Made by a program: the position numbers and the translations under genes
The notes under the pieces: generated by a model
The model's input: only the letters and a program-made list of their open reading frames with translations
Databases searched by the model: none
Told to the model about the DNA's origin: nothing
Shown: one piece after another, positions 51,860-61,244 of the stretch
How positions within the stretch are numbered: position 1 is the first letter of the stretch
Layout of the letters: the number at the start of each line of letters is the position of its first letter
NCBI GenBank assembly: GCA_018818125.1
Contig: JAHISQ010000101.1
Coordinates: 14,977-78,976 of the forward strand
Direction: 5' to 3'
Source of the DNA: Candidatus Rifleibacteriota bacterium
GTDB taxonomy: Bacteria > Muiribacteriota > Ozemobacteria > Ozemobacterales > Ozemobacteraceae
Length of the DNA stretch: 64,000 nucleotides

Positions 51860-52990
51860 ATGCTGCAGTATTTAACCACATCATTTATTGCGCTATTCTC
51901 ACCACTTGAGAAGACCTGGATCTGGCCGGGGCTTGTTGAAGTTGGCAAGTTTCTCGGCACTCACCTTATCTCGGGCATGGTTCCTGCGTTCTTCATCGCC
52001 GGAGCAATTGCAATCTTTCTAGATAAACAGCAAATTACCAAGCTTATGGGAGCTAAAGCCAACCCTCTGATCGCCTATCCGGTTGCCGCGTTTTCTGGCG
52101 GACTGCTAACTGTCTGTTCATGCGGAGTTATCCCTATATTCACCGGCATTCTTCAGCAGGGAGCAGGCATCGGACCGGCATTCACCTTTTTGATGGCATC
52201 GCCAGCTGTTAACCTGATCGCCCTTTCTTACACTTATACGCTGCTCGGCACCAAATTCATGGTCTGGCGAGGACTGCTGGTAATGGCCAGCGCAATCTCT
52301 ATTGGTGCCGGCATGAAAGTTCTCTGCGGAGAGACCGAGCAGCCAGCTGAAACCTCATCAGTGATAATCGTCGAAGAAGAATCGGAAAGGACTGGCTCTC
52401 AGCTCTTGATTTTTTTCATGTTGTTGGTCCTGGTCATGGTTACAGCGACCGGAGTGCTTGACCCGATCATTTTTACAGGCGCTGAAAAGATTGGTATCAC
52501 CAGCCAGCTTCTGCCCAGACTACTCACTATTCTGGCTGAAATTCTATTGCTGGCGGCAATATCGCTAAAATGGTTTGAGAAGCAGGAAATCATTCTCTGG
52601 CTGCGCAAGTCGAAAAGCTTGTTCTGGCTTATTTTTCCAAAGGTCGTTGGTGGAATCTTCTTGTGTGGGCTTATAGCCGCTGCATTTCCGTTGAGTGATT
52701 TTATGAAATTTTTTGACAGCAACGATTTTTCAGGAAATTTTGTTGCATCAATACTGGGAAGTATGATGTACTTTGGTACAATAGTTGGGGTCACAATCGT
52801 TTCGATACTCACAGACTACGGGATGCACCCAGGGCCAGCCATGACTCTGCTGCTTTCAGCTCCGGCAGTGAGTCTGCCGAGCATACTGGCCCTGGTTCCA
52901 ATTGCCGGAGCAAAAAAATCGGCAGTCTTTCTGGCTCTGGTTATTGTATTCAGTGCGCTAAGCGGTTATATTTTCGGTATGACGTTTTAA
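51860..52990 (+). CDS. DUF318-family permease (ArsP-like, conserved CSC motif)
   Basis: Polytopic; LTVCSCGVIPIF matches the T-x-C-S-C-G-x-x-P signature of the ArsP/DUF318 permease family. Confidence 0.65.
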   Translation: MLQYLTTSFIALFSPLEKTWIWPGLVEVGKFLGTHLISGMVPAFFIAGAIAIFLDKQQITKLMGAKANPLIAYPVAAFSGGLLTVCSCGVIPIFTGILQQGAGIGPAFTFLMASPAVNLIALSYTYTLLGTKFMVWRGLLVMASAISIGAGMKVLCGETEQPAETSSVIIVEEESERTGSQLLIFFMLLVLVMVTATGVLDPIIFTGAEKIGITSQLLPRLLTILAEILLLAAISLKWFEKQEIILWLRKSKSLFWLIFPKVVGGIFLCGLIAAAFPLSDFMKFFDSNDFSGNFVASILGSMMYFGTIVGVTIVSILTDYGMHPGPAMTLLLSAPAVSLPSILALVPIAGAKKSAVFLALVIVFSALSGYIFGMTF

Positions 52991-53024
52991 CAGCCTAATG
53001 TAAATTACCTGGAAAGGATAATAT

Positions 53025-53723
53025 ATGGGAGAAGTAACACAAGACCTGGGCCGAATCCAGAAAATCATGGAAAACGGCAATTATGAAGAGGCACGACCCT
53101 TGCTAAAGGAATATCTGGCAGCCTCACCCAATGACCCTCTTGCAATAAGACTCTATGGAAATACCTATGCTTACACAGGCTATCTGGGCAAAGCAAAAAA
53201 GATCTGGCACGACGGGCTTCGCAAGTTCCCGGAAAATATCGACCTGATCTACAACTACGCACTGGCTCACTATCTTCAGGGCAACCTCTTCTACGCCCGG
53301 CGTTACTGGAAAAAGGCTCTCAAATTAGCTCCCGAAGACTCAGAAATCTACTTTAACCTCGGGCAGATAGCCCGCGATGAAGGTCGATTGCGGCTTGCCA
53401 TAAATTACTGGCGAAAAGCACTTCAATTCAAGGCTGACAATGTTGAGGTCATGAATAATATTGGAGTTGCTTTTGCAAGTCTACGCAGCTTTGGCAAAGC
53501 TGCGATCTGGTACAAAAAGGCTGTAAAAACAGACAAAAACTACGCTTTGGCCCACTTTAACCTGGCAAATGCCCTCTTTGAAACCGGTGAACTCGTAGCC
53601 GCCCAGAAACACGCCGAAGCAGCGGCCAAACTTGACCCTGCATCGCACATGGAAACAGTAAGTCTGCTGAACCACAAAATCAAAGAAAAACTCGCTGGCG
53701 AAAAAGCTCCGAAACAGGGTTAA
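53025..53723 (+). CDS. TPR-repeat protein
   Basis: Six TPR units with the W-LG-Y-A-F-P pattern (AIRLYGNTYAYTGYLGKAKKIWHDGLRKFPEN...). Confidence 0.7.
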   Translation: MGEVTQDLGRIQKIMENGNYEEARPLLKEYLAASPNDPLAIRLYGNTYAYTGYLGKAKKIWHDGLRKFPENIDLIYNYALAHYLQGNLFYARRYWKKALKLAPEDSEIYFNLGQIARDEGRLRLAINYWRKALQFKADNVEVMNNIGVAFASLRSFGKAAIWYKKAVKTDKNYALAHFNLANALFETGELVAAQKHAEAAAKLDPASHMETVSLLNHKIKEKLAGEKAPKQG

Positions 53724-54256
53724 TTCATCAGCTGATCATCAAGGTCTTCCTCGGCAATGTTCTCGGCACTCTGCCTGAGATGGCTCATCAGAGCCAGTTC
53801 TCGATTGCGCAGAGTGCTGAGTTCTTTTTCCAGTGTCATATTCTTTGCCTGAGAAATATTGAGTTCTTTGATCAAATGGTCATACTTAAGCATTAAAGCC
53901 CGCAACTGCACCTGCAGCGTTTCGGCCTCAGTTGATACCGCCTCAAATGCGCCAACAAGACGCACATATGCGTCGGCAGGTTTTTCCTGGGATGTCTCAT
54001 CATATAGATCCGGCGTCTTGATCAGCTCACACACTGCTTCGGCACTTATAGCGCTGCCCTTTTTTTCAAGCTGACTGATAAAGAGAAGCCGGCGAAATGA
54101 AAGCTCATCGAGAAAAACCTCTTTCTTACCGCTGCCGCTATCTTCTCTGGCAACATTCAAATACTGACTATTTTTCTTTATCAGTTTTTGGATCTCTGTG
54201 GGGCTGATATCAATAATTCTCTGGATATGATCAATCGAATACTTCTTTTCTTTCAT
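53720..54256 (-). CDS. hypothetical protein, possible N-terminal HTH plus C-terminal coiled coil
   Basis: 178 aa, last gene of the minus-strand pseudopilin operon; 4-nt overlap with the convergent TPR gene. Confidence 0.4.
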   Translation of the reverse strand: MKEKKYSIDHIQRIIDISPTEIQKLIKKNSQYLNVAREDSGSGKKEVFLDELSFRRLLFISQLEKKGSAISAEAVCELIKTPDLYDETSQEKPADAYVRLVGAFEAVSTEAETLQVQLRALMLKYDHLIKELNISQAKNMTLEKELSTLRNRELALMSHLRQSAENIAEEDLDDQLMN

Positions 54257-54340
54257 GGCTACCCCTGCAAAAGTGATTTTGCACTAACTATCGTAAGCAG
54301 GGATGATTTTTATAAGCTTTTTTTCGTAAGAAACGCTATA

Positions 54341-55453
54341 TTATTTGACGGGCTTAACCAGTAGGCGCTCTACATCTGAGTCCGTTGCTTTCAATCCAAT
54401 TGACTCGTTTTTAGAATCGCTATTAATTGAGCTGACTTTATAAGTCCCAACCATACCGCCAACTGAAACAGTCAGCTCACTGTTGTTATATTTAACTTTT
54501 GCCGAGCCGGAAGGACCTGCCGAAAACACCTGCAAAAGCTCAAGATACTCTGTGCCGGCCAATGTTACGAGTTCAACATTGTTGATAACTGAACACTGAT
54601 CGCTCAACCAGATTTTGCCATCCTTTGGATGGCTACATGAGACATTTATCGAGACAAGAATTCTCTTGGTTGTAACTTCGTTTTTCTGACCACTCTGGGT
54701 AACAAAAACACCGCGCAACTCGTCGATGGCATATGAGTCGACTTCGATCCCATTTACGTCATTTATTATTTCGCGCTCACGGCTTACCGGAATTGCGCGA
54801 TCAAATTCATTGGTCAGTCCGAAAGCTCTTCGATAAGGATCTGATTTAGTATTGTAAGTTTCGTTGCGTTCAACAAGGATTAAACTAGCAAGGCCACTGG
54901 TTGAATAATGACGTTCAGGTCGAAGCAACAGCTCAACCCAGGTTATATTGCCAGCTGTATAACCATCTTCAAAATCCTTTTCCGGCTCACAGATCGGAAA
55001 ATACATGATCGTCTGGTCCTTAAAGCTTGGTCTGATAATACCAGAACCAGTAATCACCGAGTGCATGTCAAAAGCGTCGCTGGAATTGAGTTCGAGATCG
55101 CGCAAACGCCCGCTGCCCTTTTTATCCGCTAAATTGCCAAAAGCATCTTCACCATCGTATGTGCGCTTTTCTTTAAATGAAATAACCTTCTCGTTTCTAG
55201 CAGCTCCAGAACCAGTTCTGATGATAGTAGAAGGGTAAGAAGTCTTTTTGAGCATGTCGGTTATTGCGCGCGTTCCATTACGCAACTGAGAAATCGCCTG
55301 CTGAATCCAGAAGCCCTTTTCGGTCTCGCGCCGAGAATAGCTCAAAACACTATTAGCGGCACCAAATAACAAACTGAGAAGAGTTACCGCCAGCATTGTT
55401 TCGACAAGCGTCACACCACGGGCATTGCGACTGATATGTGACGTTGCAATCAT
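54341..55453 (-). CDS. large pseudopilin/minor pilin-like protein (prepilin-type N-terminal domain)
   Basis: N-terminus ARGVTLVETMLAVTLLSLLFG fits the prepilin cleavage/methylation motif (G-x-T-L-V-E); 370 aa. Confidence 0.65.
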   Translation of the reverse strand: MIATSHISRNARGVTLVETMLAVTLLSLLFGAANSVLSYSRRETEKGFWIQQAISQLRNGTRAITDMLKKTSYPSTIIRTGSGAARNEKVISFKEKRTYDGEDAFGNLADKKGSGRLRDLELNSSDAFDMHSVITGSGIIRPSFKDQTIMYFPICEPEKDFEDGYTAGNITWVELLLRPERHYSTSGLASLILVERNETYNTKSDPYRRAFGLTNEFDRAIPVSREREIINDVNGIEVDSYAIDELRGVFVTQSGQKNEVTTKRILVSINVSCSHPKDGKIWLSDQCSVINNVELVTLAGTEYLELLQVFSAGPSGSAKVKYNNSELTVSVGGMVGTYKVSSINSDSKNESIGLKATDSDVERLLVKPVK

Positions 55454-55992
55454 TTGATGCCTCCGGTGAATCTTGAGACAATAATCTCCTCGACCAGTTC
55501 AGTTTCAAATTTTTTACTTGGGCCGCTGTCAACCTCTGATTTGACAACTAATTTATAGCCATCCTGTATCATTTTCATGCGGTTATGTGAGCCAGTCAGC
55601 CCAAGACTTTCAACATAGTATTTACCGCCGTATGGAAACATATTGTCTGGCGACTTGGCTTCGCTAAAGAGATCATAACTAGCCTGTTCGCTTTTGAATA
55701 CGCCCATGGCGGTCGGAACATGCCTCGACGAATCGATATCGTCAAGTGCGTTGCCAGAACCATTTTTATCGAAAAAATCGAATGTCTCTTTAGGTAAAAG
55801 TCGCAACTGCAGCTTGGCATGCTGCATACCGGAATGCGCCAGGTAGTAGGCCTGCATCTGATAGACGGTCTGTTTGTTCTGGAAAGCAAGGTTTGTATTT
55901 GAATGCGCCATGAAAAAGAATATGGTTGAGATCGAAAAAGCAAAAAACAGCACAACAACAACCGCAATTCCTGATTTTTTATGCATTTTCAA
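55450..55992 (-). CDS. PilX/GspK-like minor pseudopilin (N-terminal signal anchor)
   Basis: KKSGIAVVVVLFFAFSISTIFFFMA resembles the PilX N-terminal domain; 4-nt overlaps with both neighbours. Confidence 0.45.
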   Translation of the reverse strand: MKMHKKSGIAVVVVLFFAFSISTIFFFMAHSNTNLAFQNKQTVYQMQAYYLAHSGMQHAKLQLRLLPKETFDFFDKNGSGNALDDIDSSRHVPTAMGVFKSEQASYDLFSEAKSPDNMFPYGGKYYVESLGLTGSHNRMKMIQDGYKLVVKSEVDSGPSKKFETELVEEIIVSRFTGGIK

Positions 55993-56621
55993 CCTTCCAG
56001 ATCAGACTTGAAACCGACCAGAAAAACACTTTTTGCGTGCGGATCAGAGTTCGGATCAAGATTTTTGATGTTCGACCATTTAACCTGCACTATAATCTTT
56101 TTGATAAGATTAAATTTATCGTAGTCATCCTTGGGCACCAGGTCACTGATTTGAAAATACTGCTTCAGCTTACCAGGCACCTCAATAGTAAACTGAATTG
56201 GCGCCGTGCTTGAATCCTGATCAAGATCTACAACCTTGACCCGGGCTCTGAACAGAAAGCCTTTTCGACACTGATACAAGCCATCACCCTGAAATACTTT
56301 TGGCTTGACCGTCTCACAGCCGGTGCCAAACATTCGTGGGACTGCTCTGCTGATAAAACTCTCAACCCCCACGACTGCTTTTCGATCTTCAAATATACAA
56401 GGATTGCCCTCGCCAATAGCACGCCATGGCATCTGAAACATAAGCGAATCCATAATAAACTTGGCACGAGAAATTGCAATAGTTTCGGTATAAAAGCGCT
56501 CGGTTTCTTTTACTGCGCCAGTCAGGAATTGAAAAACCGGCAACGCAACAAGGCCGAGGATTAGAAATGCTAAACAAACCTCGACAAACGTGATACCGCT
56601 TTTTTTTGCGTTGCTTCTCAT
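55989..56621 (-). CDS. pseudopilin (prepilin-type N-terminal cleavage/methylation domain)
   Basis: KKSGITFVEVCLAFLILGLVALPVF (G-I-T-F-V-E); 210 aa. Confidence 0.65.
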   Translation of the reverse strand: MRSNAKKSGITFVEVCLAFLILGLVALPVFQFLTGAVKETERFYTETIAISRAKFIMDSLMFQMPWRAIGEGNPCIFEDRKAVVGVESFISRAVPRMFGTGCETVKPKVFQGDGLYQCRKGFLFRARVKVVDLDQDSSTAPIQFTIEVPGKLKQYFQISDLVPKDDYDKFNLIKKIIVQVKWSNIKNLDPNSDPHAKSVFLVGFKSDLEG

Positions 56622-56724
56622 TGATTAATTGGCTCTCTTATAAAGATAACACAAACCACAACCACATGCCAAAAAAAAAGTCGCCAGAGAATTTCCTCTC
56701 TGGCGACTCTTTGTCATTCAGTGC

Positions 56725-57738
56725 CTATTTGACAACGTTGAGAGGAACAAACAGAACCTGCCGATTTCCGGTAGTATCGGCTGCATCAATGTATATATAA
56801 GCATTTTCGGGTATAGTGATCTTCGACAGATCCAGGGTCTCTTCGTTAATCGGACCAACTGGAGACGGCTCACCGCCGGCTCCGTTGCAGATACCGAATT
56901 TCACCTTCGCGTTGTCGAGCTTGTAATTGTCTCCACCAATAACCCTTATGGTGAGCTGATCTGTGGCTGCAACACCAATAGTAACCTGTTCCGGGTTAAT
57001 AATCATGCTATCACCCAAAGTCAGTCCTTCGACCACAATCTCTTTATCTACAGCGCCAAACAGCTGACCGCCGAAATAAACATTGGCCGTTTTCGGCAAA
57101 GGATATTTGTCAGCAGGATACTCTACCGGCCAGAAAGAACCTGATTTCCCGTCTTTTACAGTAATTTCAAGACCACAAAGCGGCGGAGTAATATCAAGCA
57201 CTCTCACATCTCTGCCTCCACTGGAGTTCGCGTAAGATACGATACTTCGGCCTGGTTCCGGTGCATCATAACGCATTCTTCGCGCCATGTGGCAGGTAAC
57301 GGCACCCTTCCCGGTAGGGGTAGTGGGCATTACTACCATCTGGTTAGCGGCAAGACCAGGAGTGGCAGATGCATTAAAGTTTTTGTTCTTTTCCCAGTCG
57401 ATGAAATACCACGAAACTGCGGTTGAGGCGTCCCAGCGCGGATTCGGAATTTCCTGATCGTTAGCCTTGCTGGGCGCGTCAGAATCAAAAATGGCAGTAT
57501 CGGCAACCACAACTATGGGCACATCTTCGGTCAAGGTTGCCGGTATCGCTTCACCATTTTCAAGATAAATCGCCAGCGGCAGAGTTGGGGTCAGGTTAGT
57601 CGGATATGGACTCAGCTCAACCCCCTTCAGCCACGGCGTTTTTTCGAGGTTAACAGGAGCCCCGGAGGGCTCCTGTGCCATTACCATCGAACCAAACATC
57701 ACAACTGCTGAAATTGCTACTATTCTAATTGTTTTCAT
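56725..57738 (-). CDS. hypothetical secreted protein
   Basis: Signal peptide MKTIRIVAISAVVMFGSMVMAQEPS; beta-rich; second gene of the pseudopilin operon. Confidence 0.5.
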   Translation of the reverse strand: MKTIRIVAISAVVMFGSMVMAQEPSGAPVNLEKTPWLKGVELSPYPTNLTPTLPLAIYLENGEAIPATLTEDVPIVVVADTAIFDSDAPSKANDQEIPNPRWDASTAVSWYFIDWEKNKNFNASATPGLAANQMVVMPTTPTGKGAVTCHMARRMRYDAPEPGRSIVSYANSSGGRDVRVLDITPPLCGLEITVKDGKSGSFWPVEYPADKYPLPKTANVYFGGQLFGAVDKEIVVEGLTLGDSMIINPEQVTIGVAATDQLTIRVIGGDNYKLDNAKVKFGICNGAGGEPSPVGPINEETLDLSKITIPENAYIYIDAADTTGNRQVLFVPLNVVK

Positions 57739-57758
57739 GTTTCTACAACTACCCCTGG

Positions 57759-59114
57759 TTACTTATTTCTGCCACCTTCAAAGGCTGCCTGGATGTTAAC
57801 AATGTGAAGAGGCATTCTGACGGTGGTCAGGTTACCTGATTTATCCAAGGCCTTGGAGACGAAGAAATATTCGGGCTGTTCTTTGTACTCTTCGCGGGGG
57901 AAGTTAGGAATGCGGAACATATAGGCTTTGCCATCTTTTTCGACTTCATTGCCATCAGCGGTTTCGATGCGGCATGCAACTTCTGCGGGTTTGCCACGAT
58001 TGTCACCGTTATCAACTGACATGGCTGCGAAAATAAAAGGTACGTTGCGTCTTACAAACACACCTTTAAGAGCGCTTTTTTCGCCACCGGCAATGTGAAT
58101 CTGTGAAGTCATCTCTTCCTGGTCAAGGGGCTTGGATTCAACAACTTTTGTTTCAAATTTGGGAGCGCCAGCTGCATTGAAAAGCGTGCCAGCCACAGAA
58201 AGACGTGCTGTCTTCTTCCAGGGTTCGAGATCTCTTTCATCAGCAGCACCTTCATCAACGAATACATAACTTGCGTCTTCATAGTCTTCAGCTTTTGAAG
58301 AGAATGGTCGTCCGAGATTTGAGACGATCTTTTCGAGCATCTTGTCCTTGAGTTCCTGCTCGGTTGTAGCCATATCGATATTACCAGCGCCTTCCTGGAA
58401 GGCAATCCACATATCGGGTGAAGTTACGTCATGGACAAGAACGCCCATAGCCTGGTTAGCAGTAACAGTTTTGGCGCCGCCCGCTGCGGTCTCACCATTT
58501 TCGCCGACCAGAGAACCGTCAACGGTTTCGCTGCCACCGGCAGAAGGATTGCCCTCTGCACCAGGAGTGGCGCCTTCTACAGTGTTTTCTCCACCAGCAG
58601 TCCCAGGGGTTCCATCTTCGTTACCAGTTGTAACATCTTCAGCACCTTCAGCGCCGCCGACCTGTCTTGCGCCGCCGTTGCCGATCTGATACTCGCCAGG
58701 AGCGAAAAATTTACCACCGTTACCAGCCATATTGGTATTAACTGAAGAGACGGTCTGAAAATTACCATCAGCATCTTTCACCTTGGTATCCCAGGTGATG
58801 TTGGGGTCGCCTTCAAATTTTGCACCATCGGCAACTTCAGCAGCATCTTCTTTGTAAAGAATTGAATGTTCATGCTGCTCATAGAAAACATCTTCTACTG
58901 CATTAACCAGACCACGGTCAGGGTCACCACCACGAAAGTTAGCTGGCATGACGAATTTATCGGGTTTCATTTCGAGAGTCATGTCCACGCTTGCTGGCAC
59001 TTCAGCTGCTGCAGCTACTTCTTCAGTTGCCGCTTCCTCTTGTTGAGCCGAAATCACCATAGCAAAAGAAAATAAGACCGCGACAATAAACAAAAATCCA
59101 CCAAGTTTTTTCAT
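57759..59114 (-). CDS. hypothetical secreted protein with Gly/Ala/Thr-rich low-complexity region
   Basis: Signal peptide MKKLGGFLFIVAVLFSFAMVISAQQ; first gene of the minus-strand operon. Confidence 0.5.
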   Translation of the reverse strand: MKKLGGFLFIVAVLFSFAMVISAQQEEAATEEVAAAAEVPASVDMTLEMKPDKFVMPANFRGGDPDRGLVNAVEDVFYEQHEHSILYKEDAAEVADGAKFEGDPNITWDTKVKDADGNFQTVSSVNTNMAGNGGKFFAPGEYQIGNGGARQVGGAEGAEDVTTGNEDGTPGTAGGENTVEGATPGAEGNPSAGGSETVDGSLVGENGETAAGGAKTVTANQAMGVLVHDVTSPDMWIAFQEGAGNIDMATTEQELKDKMLEKIVSNLGRPFSSKAEDYEDASYVFVDEGAADERDLEPWKKTARLSVAGTLFNAAGAPKFETKVVESKPLDQEEMTSQIHIAGGEKSALKGVFVRRNVPFIFAAMSVDNGDNRGKPAEVACRIETADGNEVEKDGKAYMFRIPNFPREEYKEQPEYFFVSKALDKSGNLTTVRMPLHIVNIQAAFEGGRNK

Positions 59115-59586
59115 AGTTCCCTCCAGTTTTTAATTCCTCTTGATCATTTCCGGGCGATTGTTAAAAAAATAGTCCCAAACGTCCTTCAATGATTAATACG
59201 CAGTAAGACACACAAACGTTTCAGAAAAACTTTTACCAGATTTTAGAGCTTCGCAATGACCGCATACTGACGCTGCTTTGCGACCTGGCATTCCTCCTCT
59301 GAGCATTCCACTTTGTACACTATATCTTTTCCGTTCGGTCACATGTTTCATTATAAAACTACTCTCATGAATAGTCCAACTTCTTTTTTAATGCAAAACA
59401 AGCGCTTGTTATCTTCCTGGAACAACGGAATACGCAAGCATTTTGAAACATTTCAGACTTTTCAAACTCTTTAATCTTGCATCAGTAATAATCCATTTGC
59501 CTATCCATGAGGCTTTTGCGAGACATTTCGTTTGAAATACTGCTCAGACAAGCTAGTCATAGGAAGTCTGCAGGTTCTTTAGGATA

Positions 59587-59690
59587 ATTATCCGCAGATT
59601 AAAGGATTAGCGCAGATTATTAAGAAGTTTTTTATATGTTTTTTCCTTTTCCGAAAAACTATCTGCGCAATCTGCGCAAATCTGTGGAAA
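59587..59690. repeat. dyad-symmetric 9-mer repeat array flanking an AT-rich spacer, with DnaA-box-like 9-mers
   Basis: TTATCCGCAGATTA (59587-59601) and GCGCAGATTA (59610-59619) on the left; ATCTGCGCA at 59661-59669 and 59670-59678 plus ATCTGTGGAAAA at 59680-59691 on the right, the reverse complements of the left arms; about 40-bp AT-rich spacer; TTATCCGCA and TTTTCCACA (reverse strand) are each 8/9 matches to TTATCCACA. Confidence 0.4.
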
Positions 59691-59718
59691 AATGCATAAA
59701 GAAGTAAAACAAAATATC

Positions 59719-59961
59719 TCTAGAACCCGCTTCCGGAATCAAATGGATTACAACTGAATCGAGAATCAGGCATTTGATGTTCTGAAAAACCACGGCTATA
59801 ATCTTGAACACAATTTTGGCCATGGCGAAAAAATGGGAACCAAACATAAGATTTGGGATGAAATTCGGGTTCTGCTGAATCACTTCGTTTGGGGGAGTTG
59901 GGAGGCCTTATTAGAGCATATGCTAGATTATCGAGACGACACTGGCTTCAATAGCGGTTAA
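59719..59961 (+). pseudogene. DDE transposase (IS4/IS982/IS701-like) C-terminal remnant with in-frame stop
   Basis: ..RTRFRNQMDYN*IENQAFDVLKNHGYNLEHNFGHG.. fits the generic C-terminal pattern R-W-x-I-E-x-x-F-x-x-L-K-x-x-(F/G)-x-L-(E/D) of DDE_Tnp_1-type transposases, but with a stop codon in place of the Trp; family cannot be assigned from memory. Confidence 0.3.
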
Positions 59962-60099
59962 AACGAGACTCTATGACTAATTCTTTGTGGAGACCCGTGC
60001 CAAATCATAAATGGATTATTACTGGACCAATTACCTGATACTTGACTTGGCCAATATGATAAAGTACTATTCTGCTGAATTAACACTTTAAGGAGTCAC

Positions 60100-61113
60100 A
60101 TGAAAGCGTTAAGAAAAGCCGTTATTTCTGGCACTGGAATCAGCCTCCCCGAGAAGATTGTAACAAATCAGGATCTCGAGAAAGTCGTCGACACAACCGA
60201 TGAATGGATCGTTACGCGAACCGGAATCAAGCAAAGACACCAGATAGCAGATGATCAGACTCTGCTGCAGCTTTCGATCCCGGCCGCACAACAGGCAATA
60301 GCCAATGCCGGCCTGACCCCCGATGATATAGATCTGATTATTTTTGCAACTTATACCCCTGACTACCAGATCCCGGCGACCGCCTGCCTGCTTCAGGATA
60401 AACTTGGCTGCAGCAAAGCAGGTGCTTTTGATTTGCAGGCTGCCTGTACCGGCTTTGTTTATTCATCTTCAATCGCTGTACAGTTCATAGCAACTTCAAC
60501 CTATGATCATGTTCTGGTAGTTGGAGGAGACCTAACTACCAGAGTACTTGACTTTACCGATCGCAACTCATGCGTACTCTTCGGCGACGGCGTTGGAGCC
60601 GCGGTATATTCGCCAGCCAAAGGCGATCAGGGCGTCTTCGACACCCTGCTTGGCTCTATTGGCAGCGGAGGCGAACACATTATAGTCGAAGTCGGTGGCT
60701 CGGCTAAACGCCCCACCGAAGAAATGATCAGAAACCGCGAACATTTTCTCAAAATCAATGGCAAAGAGGTCTTTAAGTTCTCGACCAGAATCGTTCCCGA
60801 GATCATCGAAGAGACACTCAAACGCAACAACCTGACCCTTGATGACGTTGCTCTTATCATACCCCATCAGGCTAATATCCGCATTCTTGAGTCGGCAGCG
60901 AAGAGATTTGAGTGCCCAATCGAAAAATTCTATGTAAATATAGACCGCTACGGCAATACCGTTGCGGCTTCAATCCCGCTGGCACTGCACGACGCTCTTG
61001 TCGAGGGACGCATCAAAGAAAACGACATAATATTGCTCGTCGGCTTTGGCGGCGGCCTGACCTACGGCACCATTCTCATCAAATGGGGCAGCTACACCAC
61101 CCCCAAAAGCTGA
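60100..61113 (+). CDS. fabH: beta-ketoacyl-ACP synthase III (FabH)
   Basis: AGGAG 5 nt upstream; active-site Cys context FDLQAACTGFVYS, His in IPHQANIRI, Asn in GNTVAASIP; 337 aa. Confidence 0.9.
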   Translation: MKALRKAVISGTGISLPEKIVTNQDLEKVVDTTDEWIVTRTGIKQRHQIADDQTLLQLSIPAAQQAIANAGLTPDDIDLIIFATYTPDYQIPATACLLQDKLGCSKAGAFDLQAACTGFVYSSSIAVQFIATSTYDHVLVVGGDLTTRVLDFTDRNSCVLFGDGVGAAVYSPAKGDQGVFDTLLGSIGSGGEHIIVEVGGSAKRPTEEMIRNREHFLKINGKEVFKFSTRIVPEIIEETLKRNNLTLDDVALIIPHQANIRILESAAKRFECPIEKFYVNIDRYGNTVAASIPLALHDALVEGRIKENDIILLVGFGGGLTYGTILIKWGSYTTPKS

Positions 61114-61130
61114 TCAAAAACTCTCAAATG

Positions 61131-61168
61131 ACGGCAGCGAAACAGGCTAAAACCCGCTTCGCTGCCGT
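61131..61168 (+). terminator. possible terminator/attenuator hairpin after fabH
   Basis: ACGGCAGCGAA..16 nt..TTCGCTGCCGT, 11-bp perfect stem; downstream U-tract is weak (TGTGCAATT). Confidence 0.3.
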
Positions 61169-61244
61169 TGTGCAATTCCCTGCACATTAAATCCACGCAG
61201 AAATCTGGTTCTGTTTACTCCAAAACTGCTGTATAATCAGGAAA

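Noticed and set aside
59659-59883. 74-aa minus-strand ORF
   Set aside because: Lies across the dyad repeat array and the transposase remnant; no RBS; the plus-strand transposase-like reading is more convincing
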